Part shown: positions 35,501 through 49,244 of the stretch, piece after piece
How positions within the stretch are numbered: position 1 is the stretch's first letter
Layout: every line of letters begins with the position of its first letter
From: Okamejei kenojei
Taxonomy: Eukaryota
DNA length: 64,000 bases
Direction: 5' to 3'
Assembly: GCA_035221665.1 (NCBI GenBank)
Contig: CM069159.1
Coordinates: 23,870,001-23,934,000 of the forward strand
The notes under the pieces: generated by a model
Database searches by the model: none
Told to the model about the DNA's origin: nothing
Seen by the model: the letters and a program-made list of their open reading frames with translations, nothing else
Position numbers and translations under genes: made by a program

Positions 35501-38500
35501 GACCAAAAGATTGGCCCAGGAGACAGGTTTAAGATGCATCTTAGTGAAAACAAGAAGGGTGCAATGGTTTTTGGGAGATATACAAAATATTAGGCATCTG
35601 TAGACACGGCTAACAAGGATATTGCAATCAACATCTGGGATGTGCAAAAGATCCAGTTGAAAATATATAAATGCTTTAAAGGACATTGAAGGTGTTGTTT
35701 ATAGGAAAACATTTGAAATTGTGCCAAAACTGAACCTTAAAATTTTTTAGTGTCCTTTCAACAATATCTTTACTAATGACCGAGACACTACATATAGAAA
35801 AAAAAAGGTTTGTCTTCACTGACAAACCAGATAAATTTTCAAAAATATGGTCTCTTTTTATTGACTTTCTTCAACAACATAATGGTTGAACACAAACTCA
35901 AAACCGATGGTAGGGTCGGGTGGGCGGGAATACGGAAGGGTCGTTGGACATATCTCCGCTTCTGTTACACCTTTTTTAGTTACGGGGTTTTTATTTTTCC
36001 TATTTTTCTTTATAAAAAAATGTTCTTTTTCTTTTCTTCTTCTTGTCCCTTTTTTTCCCATTTTCTTTTTTTCCTATCCAGTTATTAGTTGATAAAATGT
36101 TAAAACTGAAACAGTACGAACATTGTATAACTGTTATGTCGATCATTTTTTTTTGTACAATTGCTTCAAACAAAAATTAAAAAAAACAAATATATATATA
36201 TATATATACTTACACATACACATACACATACACATATACATATACGTATTTAATCCTTAGCCAACAACATTTTGACAATTCTGATGTTCTGTAACTAATG
36301 AATCTTGTTTAGAACAGTGACCACAGCACAAAGGTATTTCATAAACACCTCCATGTTGAAAATATACTACACATATGCATACCAGAAAGTGCAGGAAAAA
36401 ATCAAGAGGTCAGAGTCTGTTTCTCTCTTCACAAATGCTTCCAACCTGCTAATTGTTTCCAGTACTTTCTGGTTTTATTTTGGATTTCCAACATCTGAAG
36501 TTTTTTTATTTTCATTATAGAAATGCCTCATTTTACATTTTAAACCTAGCGTGCATCTTTTCTCTCATGAATTCGCAAGGAGCAGAGAATAATTCACTTT
36601 GAATTCCGTCTCAGATGTCCTGCCCCGCAGCAGCAAGAGGCCATTACGCACTCCACCGCACCCCAATCCCCCAGCCATGCAAAGTGAAACCACGCAACGC
36701 TCAGAATTTGGGCCGAGGGTCCAGAGAGAACAGGCAAAAGCTGGCAACCGGGTGAGTAGAGTGTGACTGCCATGTGCTGACATTCATTGTGTTATGTTGT
36801 TTCGATCCTGGGGAAGGGTCCAGGGCCACTGGAGAGTGGAATGGCCAAATTCTACACGCCAGGCAAAACAGGTGCAGCTTCACCAGTACCTTCTATGCTG
36901 TGACATAACAAACCTAGTTCTATACTCAATTCCCTGAGTGGTGAAGACCAACGCGCCAAAAGCCACCTTTACAATCCTATCTCCCTATCTATCTTTCAGG
37001 GAACTATGGATATGTACTCCTGGATTCTTCTGGTCTACAACACCGCCCAGGGTGCTACTGTTCAGGCAGCATCTTTGGAGAGAAGGAATTGGTGATATTT
37101 CGGTTCATTGGGTCTTGAAACGTCACCCATTCCTTCTCTCCAGAAATGCTGAGTTACTCTCCAGCATTTTGTGTCTACCTTTGATATAAACTAGCCTCTT
37201 ATTTCCTGTCTAGAAATGTACAGGAAGTTAACACCTAAAGGTTCACAGATATAGTGCGCAGGCCACCTGTGAGTCCATTATAGGACAGTGGCTGTTCCAT
37301 ACCACTCTTCTTCTTTCGTGAAGCGTACACAGCCTAAAGTTGTAGGACAACTTGTTCTATTTGATCTTCCGTTTGTGCACGTCGAGTTGATTGCATTAGT
37401 CGAAACAGGGCGGACCACGTGAAGGTTGCACTCTTCCACCCCTCCATACCACTGAACAAATGAAGAGATCCCAAGTGATTTCAGGCTATAGAGCTGTAGA
37501 GATTTCAGTGGTAGAGCTGCTGCCTTATAGCGGCAGAGATCCTGGTTCGATCTTGACCACGGGTGCAGTCTGTACGGAGTTTGTATGTTCTCCCTGTGAC
37601 TGTAAAGATTTTCTCCGGGAGCTCCAGTTTCCTCCCACACCCCAAAGACATACAGGTTTGTAGGTTAATTGACCGGTAAAAATGGTAAATTGTCCCTAGT
37701 GTGTTGGATAGTGTCAGTGTACGGGGTTAATCGCTGGTCGGCGCAGACTCGGTTGGCCAAAGGGCCGGTTTCCATGCTGTATCTCTATCAGGAGCTGGTT
37801 CAGGATGATAATGGGGACGACAGGCAAGGTTGGACCCTAGGACTGGACCCAATCTTTCATCAACAACTAAACTTTATGCCCTGCTGTATCCACTGCATTG
37901 TGTGGGCTGATGATGGGGTTGGAATTTAAGGCATCACTGGCAGAGTGCCTGAGTGCCCAAAGCCCACTGCTAGTTTCCAGATGGACGGAGATGATGGAAA
38001 GCATCAGGTAGGTAAACGGGAGAGGCCAACATTGGGGGAAAGTTTATCTCCCTTAACCGGATTTCCCTTCCACTCACCATTTGAAATAAATCTGAGTGGA
38101 AATTTAAAAAACGTTCATGCTGAAAATACAAAATGAAGCAGAAAATGTCATAAAGGCTCAGCAGATTACGCAGCATCTGTGGAAGGAGAAATATTAGTTC
38201 ACATTTGAGGTTGAAACCCCTTTGCCATAGGTTGTAGATCCTTCGACCTGAAAGATTATCTCAAAGATGCCTGACCTGCTGAGCATTCCCAGTATTTTCT
38301 ATCTAGGATTTATGTCTGCCAACAATTATTGAATGCTGGGTTATAAGTGGCACTCACTTCAAGACTCTGCATTAATGATGAGCAAACATTTCCATTTCTG
38401 TTCTTGTGCCATGTTGATGGGTTATTTCACATTGATAAGCCTCTGCAGGACCAACTTCACTCTAAATCTATGCACGCCAAGGCATTGACTCTAAAAGAAC

Positions 38501-41500
38501 GTCCAACGACAGTCCAGAAATGTCTCAAAGGTAGCCTACCGTCGAGTCGATCGAGTTCCAGAAGCAACGCCAGCTGCAAGGGTTGGAAGCCTGAGCCTTC
38601 AGTGAGACCTGGAGAACGCTTGACCGCATCAGGTGAAGCTCCCTAGTTTTCTGAGCCATTTCCTTTAGCTTTAAGTTGTTCGCTCCTTTGTTAATGGTGT
38701 TTTTGCACACCTCATGCTTTGGAATCATAGGATATGAATGGAGATGATAGTATCAGATGCAAGAGATGCGGTAATAAGTCCAAAACTGAAAGGTGGGAAA
38801 CTTTTAATGGAGGGGCATTCACAAGAAGCACTACCCTGGGATCTGCTTTATTTTCATTTACATTAACGACAGAGCAAAGGTTAGCTTATCTAAGTTTCCC
38901 ACTTCGAAAAGTGACCTGAGAGAAGGATACAAAGTGAATATGAAGAAGTTCCAACAGTTGTTAATTGAATTAGCAAGAAATTGGTAAATGGTGTATAATT
39001 CAGAGTGGCACAGTGGCGCAGTGGTAGAGTTGCTTCCTTACAACGCCAGAGACTCGGGTTCGATTCTGACTACGGGTGCCTGTCTCCTTAGAGTTTGTAC
39101 ATTCTCCCTGTGACCATGTGGGTTTCTCCAGTTTTCTCCCACACTCCAGAAATGTACAGATTTGTAGGTTACTTGGCTTGGTCTAATGGTAAATTGTCCC
39201 TGGTGTGTGTAGGACGGCGTTAGTGTACCGGGTTCGCTGGTCGGCGTGGACTGGGTGGGCCAAAGGGCCTGATTTGTACTGTATCATTGAACTAAACACT
39301 GATGTTATTCATTTTGGTGGGAAGAATAAAAGAATGGAACTAATTTTTGTCATTGATGAAAGACTAGAAAATGAGTTATTGAACGGTGCTGGGAGATGTG
39401 GCGGATTGGCTCATATTGCACGGAGACTGGATTGCAAGAGTAAGGAGATCTGAATATAACAAAAATTATGGAAGTACTCAGCAGGCGAGCTAGCACCTGT
39501 GGAAAGAAGCACATTTCGGACTGGTACCCTCTCGTCAAGACTGGGAAAAGTTTGAAGTAAATGTGTTTAGTGATGGTGGCAGGAAAGAATAAAATGGATT
39601 GTTTGCTTTAGCATGTAAGGCAGGACATAATGAGAGTGTGAAATGTTTAAAAGAAGGGAAGATTATCTCATTCAAATCAGAGGAGTGTGGGTGCAAAGCT
39701 GACAAGTACACATTTGGTTAATAGGTGTTTGAGGATCAGGGGAGAAGGGGCTCAGATATGGGGCTTGGATGGGTGATACCTGCTTCTGTTGCTAATGTTC
39801 TTATGACAATGCTGAAGAGAGGAATGTACATGGTTCCGAGAGCAGACCATTGTAAAATGATGTAGGCAGAGTGTGTGGATGAAAATATGGCTAAATTAAT
39901 CTGATGTGGGAATGTGTAAAGTCACCTTATTCAGACAAAGGAAGATAAATGGGAACATTGGAGACTGTAGCTCAATGACAGGACTTGCAGACAGAAATCT
40001 GGACCATTGACCCAGAGACACCAGTTCAAATTTCATCAGGAAATAAATTTGGAATTAAAGAAATATTCCCAGTGACGATACAACAACTGATTTTTGATTA
40101 AAACCCAACTGCTTTACTAATGTCCATCATCCACCCTGGCCTTTGTGACTTCAAGCCTATTAACTTGGTTGACTCTCAACTCAGTCCAAAGGTGAGGAGT
40201 GACATACGACAAATGGTGAAGATGTCCACACATAATGAATAAAAACCTTAAGTACAATTTCACAGAGTAATGGGACTTGGAGCTTAGTAGACATACATAT
40301 ATGTAAAATAAATATATAAGCAAATTAAATGTTGCCATTTACCTCAAGGAGTACAGACATACTAAGAAAAAAGAAATGCTTTCGTAACATAGAATATTGG
40401 TCAGACTCTATTTGGGGTACCATCATTGCCAACATATAGAAAGCAAGGGACCCAGATCTTTAACATTCTGTTTCTATTCTCTAGGATATCAATGTCCCCC
40501 GTATCAGAACAATATCCAGCAACCCACAAGAGAAGCGGAAATTCGTGAGAATTTCTGCAATATGCCAGAACGTGCAAAGCCCTTACCAGATAACTTAAAG
40601 TTCGAAGGTATGGCAAATTGAGCCACAGATAAGAGCAGGGTCCGGCAAAACAGCCCTTCTGTACACCATTCAGAGTGTACTTCAAGTGGGCTTTGTATTT
40701 CTCCATTGGTTCAAGGTCAGGGAGGTAAGAGCTGGATAATGAACAACAGTTATTCGCCATAAAATAGTCCCATGGTCGTCACACCTTGTGTTGGAAAATG
40801 CCTTGTCACATCATCATCTTCAGTTCCAGTTACAACACTGGATAGAAAAGGATTGTCTCATCAAACAATGATAACAATTTATTGCATAGCAACTCTAACA
40901 TTGAAATGCAAACAAGGTGCTTCACAGGCATCAACACTGGATAAAATGTATAAGTATATCATTGGTATAAAGCAGGATCTGCAGTTCATTTTTATTATAT
41001 GTTGCGTCACAGGCATGTTATCAAACAGAATTTAACACAGATTAGTCAGTTAACTATAAGGAGAGGGGAAGACAGATGGATTCATGGTGAGAATACTGGT
41101 TTGGAGCTTACATAGATTGAATGAAGACATAACGAACTGCAGAGGCTGGTTTATAAAAATGGCACAAATCGCTGGAGTCACTTAGCGGGTCAGGCAGCAT
41201 CTCTGGAGCATGAAGAAGCGTGATGTTTCGGGTCGAAATTTGTGAAATGGAGGACAAAAGACTGCAGATGCTGGTATCTTGAGCAAAAATCTATGGACTA
41301 AATGGACAATTGACGGTTTGGGTCAGGTCCTTTAGATTGACTCCAATTCCTTCCACAGATACTGCCTGGCCCACTGCGTTCCTACAGCAGTTTTGTTTTT
41401 GCTGAATAAATGTGTGAATGTTCATGTTTCAAAAATGAAAGTGACTGATATCTTTATATAGGTATAGGACTAGGTAGGCTAGGTAAAGACATGGACAGAT

Positions 41501-44500
41501 TTGGAAAATAAGATGAGAATTTGAAAATTATCAAGGGAAATGGCACACAGGAACTAATGAAAGCTAATAGATGGGCAGTAGAGTTTACCTCAATTTCACA
41601 ACATTAATGAGGCCGAAAGGGTGAAGTCAGTAAGCAGAGCTTTGAAACGCTCAGGTCTAGATTAAGAAAGGCTGGGGCTATGGTTTCAGCAGCAGACAGG
41701 ATAAAGCATGAACAGAACTGGGCAACCATAAGTGGAAATAACTGGTCACGGATATGCAGAACAATTGGCTTCAGCTGCTAGAGGGAGGAATCGAATGGAG
41801 CTTGGAGCTTGGAGCTGGGGCTTGTGAATGGGACTTTGACATTGGATTCAGCAGTCCCAATACATAGTGGAAGGAGGGCAGCACGGTGGCGTAGCAGTAG
41901 AGCAGCTGCCTTACAGCGCCAGAGACCCGGGTTCGATCCTGACTACGGGTGCTTGCCTGTACGGAGTTTGTACGCTCTCCCCGTGACCTGCGTGGGTTTT
42001 CTCCGAGATCTTCGGTTTCCTCCCCCACTCCAAAAGACGTACAGGTTTGTAGGTTAATTGTCTTGGTATCAATGTTAAGTGTGTGCAGGGCAGTACTAAT
42101 GTGTGTGGATGCTTGGTCGGCACATGACTCGGTGGGCCGAAGGGCCTGTTTCTGCACTGTATCTCTTAACCAAACGAAATGTCAACAGATTCAGTGCTGA
42201 ATGTTGGACAAGTAGGTTAACCATTTAGAAATGGCAGAGGAATTATAGAAGTAATACTGAGGTTCTGCTGGTTGTAATCAGTGTCTTTGAAGAAACCAAT
42301 GTTTATCTGGAAATGTAATTGCCAACAAATTGTATTTTCAGGACTGGAGTCAACCTCTCGAGGATGGGACACCAGACAGCACACTTGAATACTATAAAAA
42401 TGGCCAAGACCCAGCCTGTTGTGTCCAAGGCCTATTTTACAACTGAATTTTGATGCACGATGACAATGTTTAAAATAATCATTGTCCCATTGCGTCAAAA
42501 TGACATTACCATATATTAGAGTGGTTAGACAACTATTTTTTAAATGTTTCTTAAAGGCAGGCAGTAAATGAAAATTAGGAGAGATTAAGAATTCATTTTT
42601 GGGATACATTAAAAGGCAATGGCACAGGTTTCCAGGTGATTCTTTGGCTTCAACTGGACAGATTATATTGGACCCAGGGTGTTCTGCCATTACAAAGAAC
42701 ACAGCTACATTAGGTCAAGGGAGTTCGCTTCGCCTTTGCAACACTCACTTGTGGTTTTACCATGGGCTGCTTGGAACTCCCAGTTGGGATGATCCCAGGA
42801 CATGCATGATATTAGTTAGATCAGATACGTGTAGCAACAGGTAGAGTACAAAGCTTCCTCTATACTGTCCAGTCACTCACAGGGTGAATACGACATGGAT
42901 TTGATACAGAATACTGTAATAATCTGTGGGTCAAGTAGACATAGAGGATAGTGATGGTTTGCAGTTTTGCAGGCGTTGTAAAGTTATAATACATTGAATT
43001 AAATTGTTCACAATATGTTACTGTGTCACTAAAGGTGTTCATGATTTGAATACCACTTACCAAGTCGAATTTCAGCCTTTGCCCTTTGCGAGACAGAAGA
43101 CAGGCAAGAAGTGTCCAAAAATCAAGCCTGCTCCCATGGACCTGCTGAGCAGCTACCGCAAAGATTACCCTGAACACAACCAACCGAAGATGTTGTCAAT
43201 AATACCAGCACAGGACAACTTGCAAGTTAACCGCCATCTGCCGTAAGATCAGTGCATTGATGCACATTAATACCACATTGTTGAGGGGCAGTGTTGCATC
43301 TTGCGGAGGAATGTGACAAATATTAGAACTTTGTTTTCACTTTCTGAATAGTTCTTTCGAAAATTTAACTTCATCTTCTCCAACTCCCTCGCTTAACTAT
43401 TTCCTGCACCATGTCACTCACCAGAAAGAAGGCACTGGGAAATATTAATTTTCAAAATATCAAGAAATATCAATTCTGGTTCTTGTCAAATAGTGGAAAA
43501 CAGATATAGGAAATCTGAAATAAAAAGAGAAGATGCTGGAAACTTGGCAGCATTGTGAAAAGAAAAATAGAGCTAGGTCTATTTCAGGTCGAGGGCCCGT
43601 CATCAGGAATGGGAGAGAGGAACCAAACTTATTTTTGCTCTCGGCCATTTCTGGTGGAATTGAACCTGAAATATTAACTGTTTCTCTCTTCACAGAAGCT
43701 GCCTGAGTTGCTGAGTTTTTTTCCCCCCAGTACTTTGTTTTAATTTATTGCAAAGTGGTGTTGTGCAACGACAAGGTCAGATACCTTGTTGATACTCACT
43801 ATTAGAGTCATAGTGTGATACAGTGTGGAAACAGGCCATTCAGCCCAACTTGCCCACACCGGCCAACATGTCTTAGCTACACTAGTCCCACCTGCCTGCG
43901 CTTGGTCCATATTCTTCCAAACCTGTCCTATCCATGTATCTCTTAAACGATAGGATATAGTCCCAGCCCCAATTACCTCCTCTGGCAGCTTGTTCCATAT
44001 ACCCACGACCCTTTATATGAAAAAATTGCCCCTCGGATTCCTATTAAATCTTTTCCCCTTCACCTTGAACCTATGTCCTCTGGTCCTCAATTCCCCTACT
44101 CTGGGCAAGAGACAGTGATATTCAAACATGTGATAAAGTTCCAATGGTCTCAAAGCAACCGATTGTATTCTGTTACCAGGGAACGTTTGTAGTGACGAGT
44201 GTAAAGAATTGCACGTCATTTGATAGACTGCGTCTACACTTTGAAACACTGGCATTAACCTTTTACATGTATTATTCAAATCAGAATATTCAACTTCATC
44301 ACATTGCAGATTTTAAATTATCTTTTTCATTTAGCAAGAACCAGTCTTTAAATTCTCTGACCAGGTTTCAGTCTCCTTCCATAGTACTAAATCTCAAGAC
44401 TAAATAGATGCCGCACAGCTTCCCATTGTCCACCCAGTTTGTCTTTATGCCATATACAAGATTAATACAGTCCACATAGATGCTACCATCCAATCCTCAC

Positions 44501-47500
44501 GTGTATAGTGCCCAAGACTCAAATTACAACAAGTACAAAGAGGAACACTAGATAATGTTTCTTTCCCATGTTGACAAGAGAATTAAAACTATTTATAGAA
44601 CCAGTTAACTGGATCAGCCTCTGCGAATGCAGCTTGAACACAGATCCATTTCTTTACCAGATCACCAAAGCAACTCAACCTTTGCTGCATTGATACTTCC
44701 TGTTTACAGAGCCATACACATAGTTATCATGGGTCTCTCCAGTTGAGTGAATGCAGCTTAGATAGCTTAGGCCATTGGGAATACATGTTTACAAATAATT
44801 AATAATTTAAGAAATGGTTTTGGAATAGCTTTGATCAACTAAGCTTATCGTGTAGTATATGATGTAATATTAATGGAAAGGTTTGGAACCAAGGTGAAGG
44901 CACCTGGTCCTTCAGATTAATGTAAGGAGTAGATATGGAAAGTGTTTGTTCCTGGAGCCCATTGTGAAGGGTTAGGTGGGAAGCATATGATTTCATTTAT
45001 TGATATGTGGTCTGGGTAGCAGGTGACACTGAGGACTAATGTGTTGGGTTGGATCCATGTGATATTTTCGGGGAAGCGTGGATTGTGTGATATGCCTTAC
45101 CAGTTTGCAAACCATCTTCGAACATTTTTCAAAGCTGTAGGTGTCCTATGAATGGAATTTTTGCTGCATGAAAATAACAATGTCTTATAATCCTTAATTC
45201 CGATGCATCTTCCACATCTTGCAGTACGGACTTCAACACAATTCAGAAAAATTCATACGTTGGCTGGGACCCCACTCAATATCCCCGCCCTGATCCCATT
45301 AAATATAAGGATGAGTTGAGTGCGGAAGGAGCCATGGAGACCACCACAGTGACAAAGGTAATTCCTCTTACTTTATCAGCCCAGTGGGTTGAAGGAGGCA
45401 AAGCTCTCTTTTTAGCAGTGATTTATAATGTCAACCCTGGCACGTAGTTCCATTTCCCTTCAAACCACCTTAGTTGCCCTGGAAAAAGAGTAGAGCAACA
45501 TTTTTGAAGTCATGCCACATCAAAACGGGCCTTCCACCCACTAGGTCCACACCATTATCAAGTATCCATTTATACAAAGCCTACACTCATTTCATGTATT
45601 CTCCCAATAGTTCTATCAGCTCCGTCCATATTCTACCAATTACCTATACATTAGGAGTAATCCACTGTGTCCCATGGTGCTGGCCTACACATCATTGGGA
45701 TGCTGAAGGAAACCGAGCATTCAGATAAAAGCCATGCAGTGGAAACTCCACACAGACGGCACCAGAGGTCAGGAATGAACCTGTGGTGCTGGAGGTACAA
45801 AACAGCAGCTCTGCTAGCTGCGTCACTGTGCTGCCCCCTACAGATTAATGGTGTGATAGAAAAGAATGGCTTTCTATAATAGTTAGTAATTAAGCTAATT
45901 GGTTCTAGACTCCAGCTATATACAGATCAAAACAGCAAGGGCAATGGCTTACCTCCCCACCCCCTCCTCCTACCAAAACTCATTACCTAATGGAAGTCTG
46001 GTACTTGTTTTTTTTAAATTATTCAGAAACAATTATCAACATTTGCCACGTTAAGCCAGTCACTAATTTAGCTTATGTGCAAACTGTGGACCAGCTGCAT
46101 ATTAGGAACCTTGGAGTAAAAATATATTATTTGTTCCATCTCTCCTCCAGCATCTATTCAATTTGCACAATCATGGATTCCGTTTCCCTTTCTACCTCCA
46201 CCGTCCCATTTCATTCTAGTGCATACCAATATTACCCCAAATCTGTTTTTATATTCCAAATAAGTAATTGAATCCCACATGCAATAGCGGGGTATGGAGG
46301 GAGGCAAGTTACCTCTTTTGTGTCCGCTTGACATTTCATTATGTAATTGTTCACAGCATCCCAATCTTCAATCAGTTATCTATTCAGTGCATCTTTGACA
46401 GTTCATCAGCGGCGAGTAATAATCTGCTTAGTCACCTCCATTTTTACAGGAGTTAGTTTTTGCCTGTTAGTTTCATTCTTCTGTACTTTATCTCCTCAGC
46501 TTGAGTATAATATGAAACCCTCCATTAAAAAGCAAGAAATGCACCGCCCTACAACGCAGCAGTCTCTTGGTGGCAAATTTGATCCAAAAACATCGTATGC
46601 AGTATCCTACAAGGAGTGGGACCCTAAGACCAGGATACGCTATGGTGACCCTTATGACAAAGCCTTCGAGCCGCCATCAGTAAGCAGCAATATAAGTTAG
46701 ACATAGATTAAAGCTCCTTCTACACTATTGCAACAACCGTCCACAGGGCAGGTATAAAAGAGGTTAGATACCAGGTAAAGCTCCCCCCGATCAATTGGAT
46801 TTCTTCCAGATATCTCGCTACAATGTTTCCCGTAAAATGCATTCTTCAGCCTTGAGTGAGTAAATTATATTTTGCTGCGTAGTACCATTTGCACCTGTAC
46901 TTCCTTCTGAATCCAAAGTATGAGGAGTATGATTGAACACATTCTGATGCTTTGATATTCTCTACTGGTGCTGTAACGTTACCATTGTTGTTTGTATATC
47001 AGGGGAGGATTGAAAGTTCATCAGTAACTGGACGCGATTTCACCCCGAAAAATGTCTGCCTGCCACCAAACTATTCACCTTTCCCGCGAAAGAATACTCC
47101 TCACCACCAAAATGCCCGCAGGTAACACAACGTTTTAGCATATCGAGAACGCTTACCATCATAGGCTTTTGCAGCTTCGAATAAACTATCTATTTGTGTA
47201 AAAGCCTCCATGTGTAGAAACAGCTAAAGCGGTACATTTTTGAGGGCGTGAGTGATCAGGGTGTGAGTGCCTACGGTAATCTCATCCAACTTGAGAGATT
47301 GTAGTTGAAGTCCAACTCCAAAGAGTTGGGTGTAATAATGCAGGCTGCCACTGAAATTAAGGTTAGGGTGTACTGTACTAAGTGAGGTACCGTCTTTCAA
47401 ATGAGATAAAACTAATGATTCATTTACCCACTCAGTTTCTTATGAAAGGCGTAATTTCAAAGAAAATAGTGTTTAGACAAATGACTTACGATACAGAACA

Positions 47501-49244
47501 GCAGGCCCTTTGGCTGACAATGTCTGTCCCGAGCATGATGCCAAATTAAACTAATTTCACCTACCCGCCAATGATCCATATCGCTCCATTCCCTGCATAT
47601 GTGTATGCTTATCTAAACGTCTATTAAATGCCATTACCGTATCTTCTCCACCACCATATTCCAAGCACCCATAACTGTGTTAAAATTTACCTCATATATA
47701 CCTTTAGCTGCATCAACTTGATCAATGTTAGATTTAAAAAAATATTATTATTTCACACCTCTATGTAGGACCTTGCTTTTATATAGAATGGTTACAGTGA
47801 CCTCGAAAGTAGAACAGTGAATACACTTCAAGATTATTTAAATTACTTCACAAAACTATAAAGCATCATGGGATACACTAAAGCCATATAAAAAATGATA
47901 ATACAAGGATACTTTTCATTAGCTATCATTAGTGGTTAAGGGTAAGTTCTGCCATTATCCTCCCCGGTGGGCTGTCTTGAGAGCTCCTAGGCCAAGCAAG
48001 TGCGGAGGAGAAAAAACCTCCCATTAACTGCTATTTTTGAACACCATTGCAAGTCCGTTCTCTTAAATTACCTTGCGATCCTTTAAAATTATTTGCTCAA
48101 CATACTCATTCCAGACCGTGCACCAGATTAATTAGGAGTAGAAACTAGGAACTGTATACGCTGGATAACAAAAAAAGTCCCAGAGTACTGGAGTAACCCA
48201 ACAGGTCAAGCAGCATCCCTGGAGTATATGTATAGGACCCTTCTTCACACTCAAAAAAGGATCCAAGGAAGGTTCCCAATCCAAACTGTTACCTATCCAT
48301 GTTCTCCAGGGATTCTGCCTGACCCACTGAGTTACTCCAACAATGTGGGTTGTTTTAGATTAAGGGCTCAGTCAGTTGATCCAGCTGCACAATACATTAT
48401 ATGACACTCACTCTAAATTGGGGATTTGTTCTGGCCACCTATTATTCCACCCAAGAATACATTTTCTTAGTTTTCTGTTTATGGAATGTAATAACAACCA
48501 CTGTGTTTGGCTACAGAACACTGCTACACTTAACAACAGTGAAGGGCCTGGAAATGTTGCTGTGTTGATATAAACTTTATGCAAGTATGCAATTCATAAC
48601 AGTTGAACGGAAATCAATATGAAATAAATTCCCTAAAGTATCATGGGCTTTTTGTAGAGGGATAAGCAAGGAAATTATGTTAAGCATTTGTAGTGAGTTT
48701 AAATGCATGGGGAGTCTAAAAAACAATGATTTTCATTTTTAGATGAACACATTCTTCTAAAATACATCCTAATTCAAATCCTACATGCTATTCAAATAAG
48801 TATTTTGCTAGCTTCTATTTATTTATTTATTGTAATGTTTAAAAACAGATATCTGTAACTAGAGGGAACTCTATTTGTAATTTTATGTACTGAGCTATTG
48901 TAATCTGGATTGTACTGACAGAGAGTGCTGGCTACAGATTTGGAAATAACTTTCAAAGGAATATATATATATATATATATTTGAAGGGTTATGGAGAGGG
49001 TGCAGCAGAGGGAGAGAAATTGAATAGTTTTTCCCCCAAATGTTCCAGTACATGTACAATAGGCTGAATGTTCTTTCACTTTGGTCTACAATTGTAGACT
49101 ACATCAGTTTTCTTAAAATATCTCCTCTCTCACTTTCCCAGTTCAACCTTCCCCATGTGCAAGCTGCAAGCCTACCTGATCCACCAGCATCTCAAGAACA
49201 TGAAAATTTCCAACCGACCTGTGCCTGTAACGTGCGTTCAATAA
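32591..49244 (+). CDS. SAXO/FAM154-family (stabilizer of axonemal microtubules-like) gene, about 447-456 aa
   Basis: Exons 32591-32637 (MEFSEFSCLCELCDCG, like SAXO1 KCICELCSCG), 34733-34842, 36615-36751, [37981-38007 optional], 38449-38632, 40485-40607, 43035-43242, 45225-45357, 46500-46679, 47003-47121, 49142-49244. All GT-AG and phase-consistent (1344 nt without the optional exon). Repeated Mn-like motifs TTQRSEF, TTYQVEF, SSYRKDY, TIQKNSY, TSYAVSY, SVTGRDF. Confidence 0.82.
37307..37442 (-). mobile_element. 136-bp non-autonomous non-LTR retroposon (Vingi/Ingi- or RTE-like) with 5' ribozyme and (GAA)n tail
   Basis: Perfect 11-bp TSD TCCATACCACT at 37296-37306 and 37443-37453; minus-strand 3' end ...ACGAAAGAAGAAG. 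Confidence 0.85.
37389..37442 (-). ncRNA. Minimal HDV/CPEB3-like self-cleaving ribozyme (54 nt)
   Basis: GGGGUGG AA GAGUGCA ACC UUCACGU GGU CCGCCCU GU UUCGA C UAA UGCAAUC: P1 with G1-U wobble, P2 6/7 bp, P3, CPEB3-identical L3, catalytic C at 37399. Confidence 0.8.
37500..37785 (+). mobile_element. HE1-like SINE
   Basis: tRNA head remnant, core and CR1-like tail. Confidence 0.8.
39005..39297 (+). mobile_element. HE1-like SINE
   Basis: gtggcacagtggcgcagtggtagag...gggttcgattc head and core. Confidence 0.8.
41876..42178 (+). mobile_element. HE1-like SINE
   Basis: gggcagcacggtggcgtagcagtagag...gggttcgatcc head and core. Confidence 0.85.
43805..44112 (-). mobile_element. CR1 LINE 3' end
   Basis: LLPRVGELRTRGHRFKVKGKRF on the minus strand. 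Confidence 0.8.
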
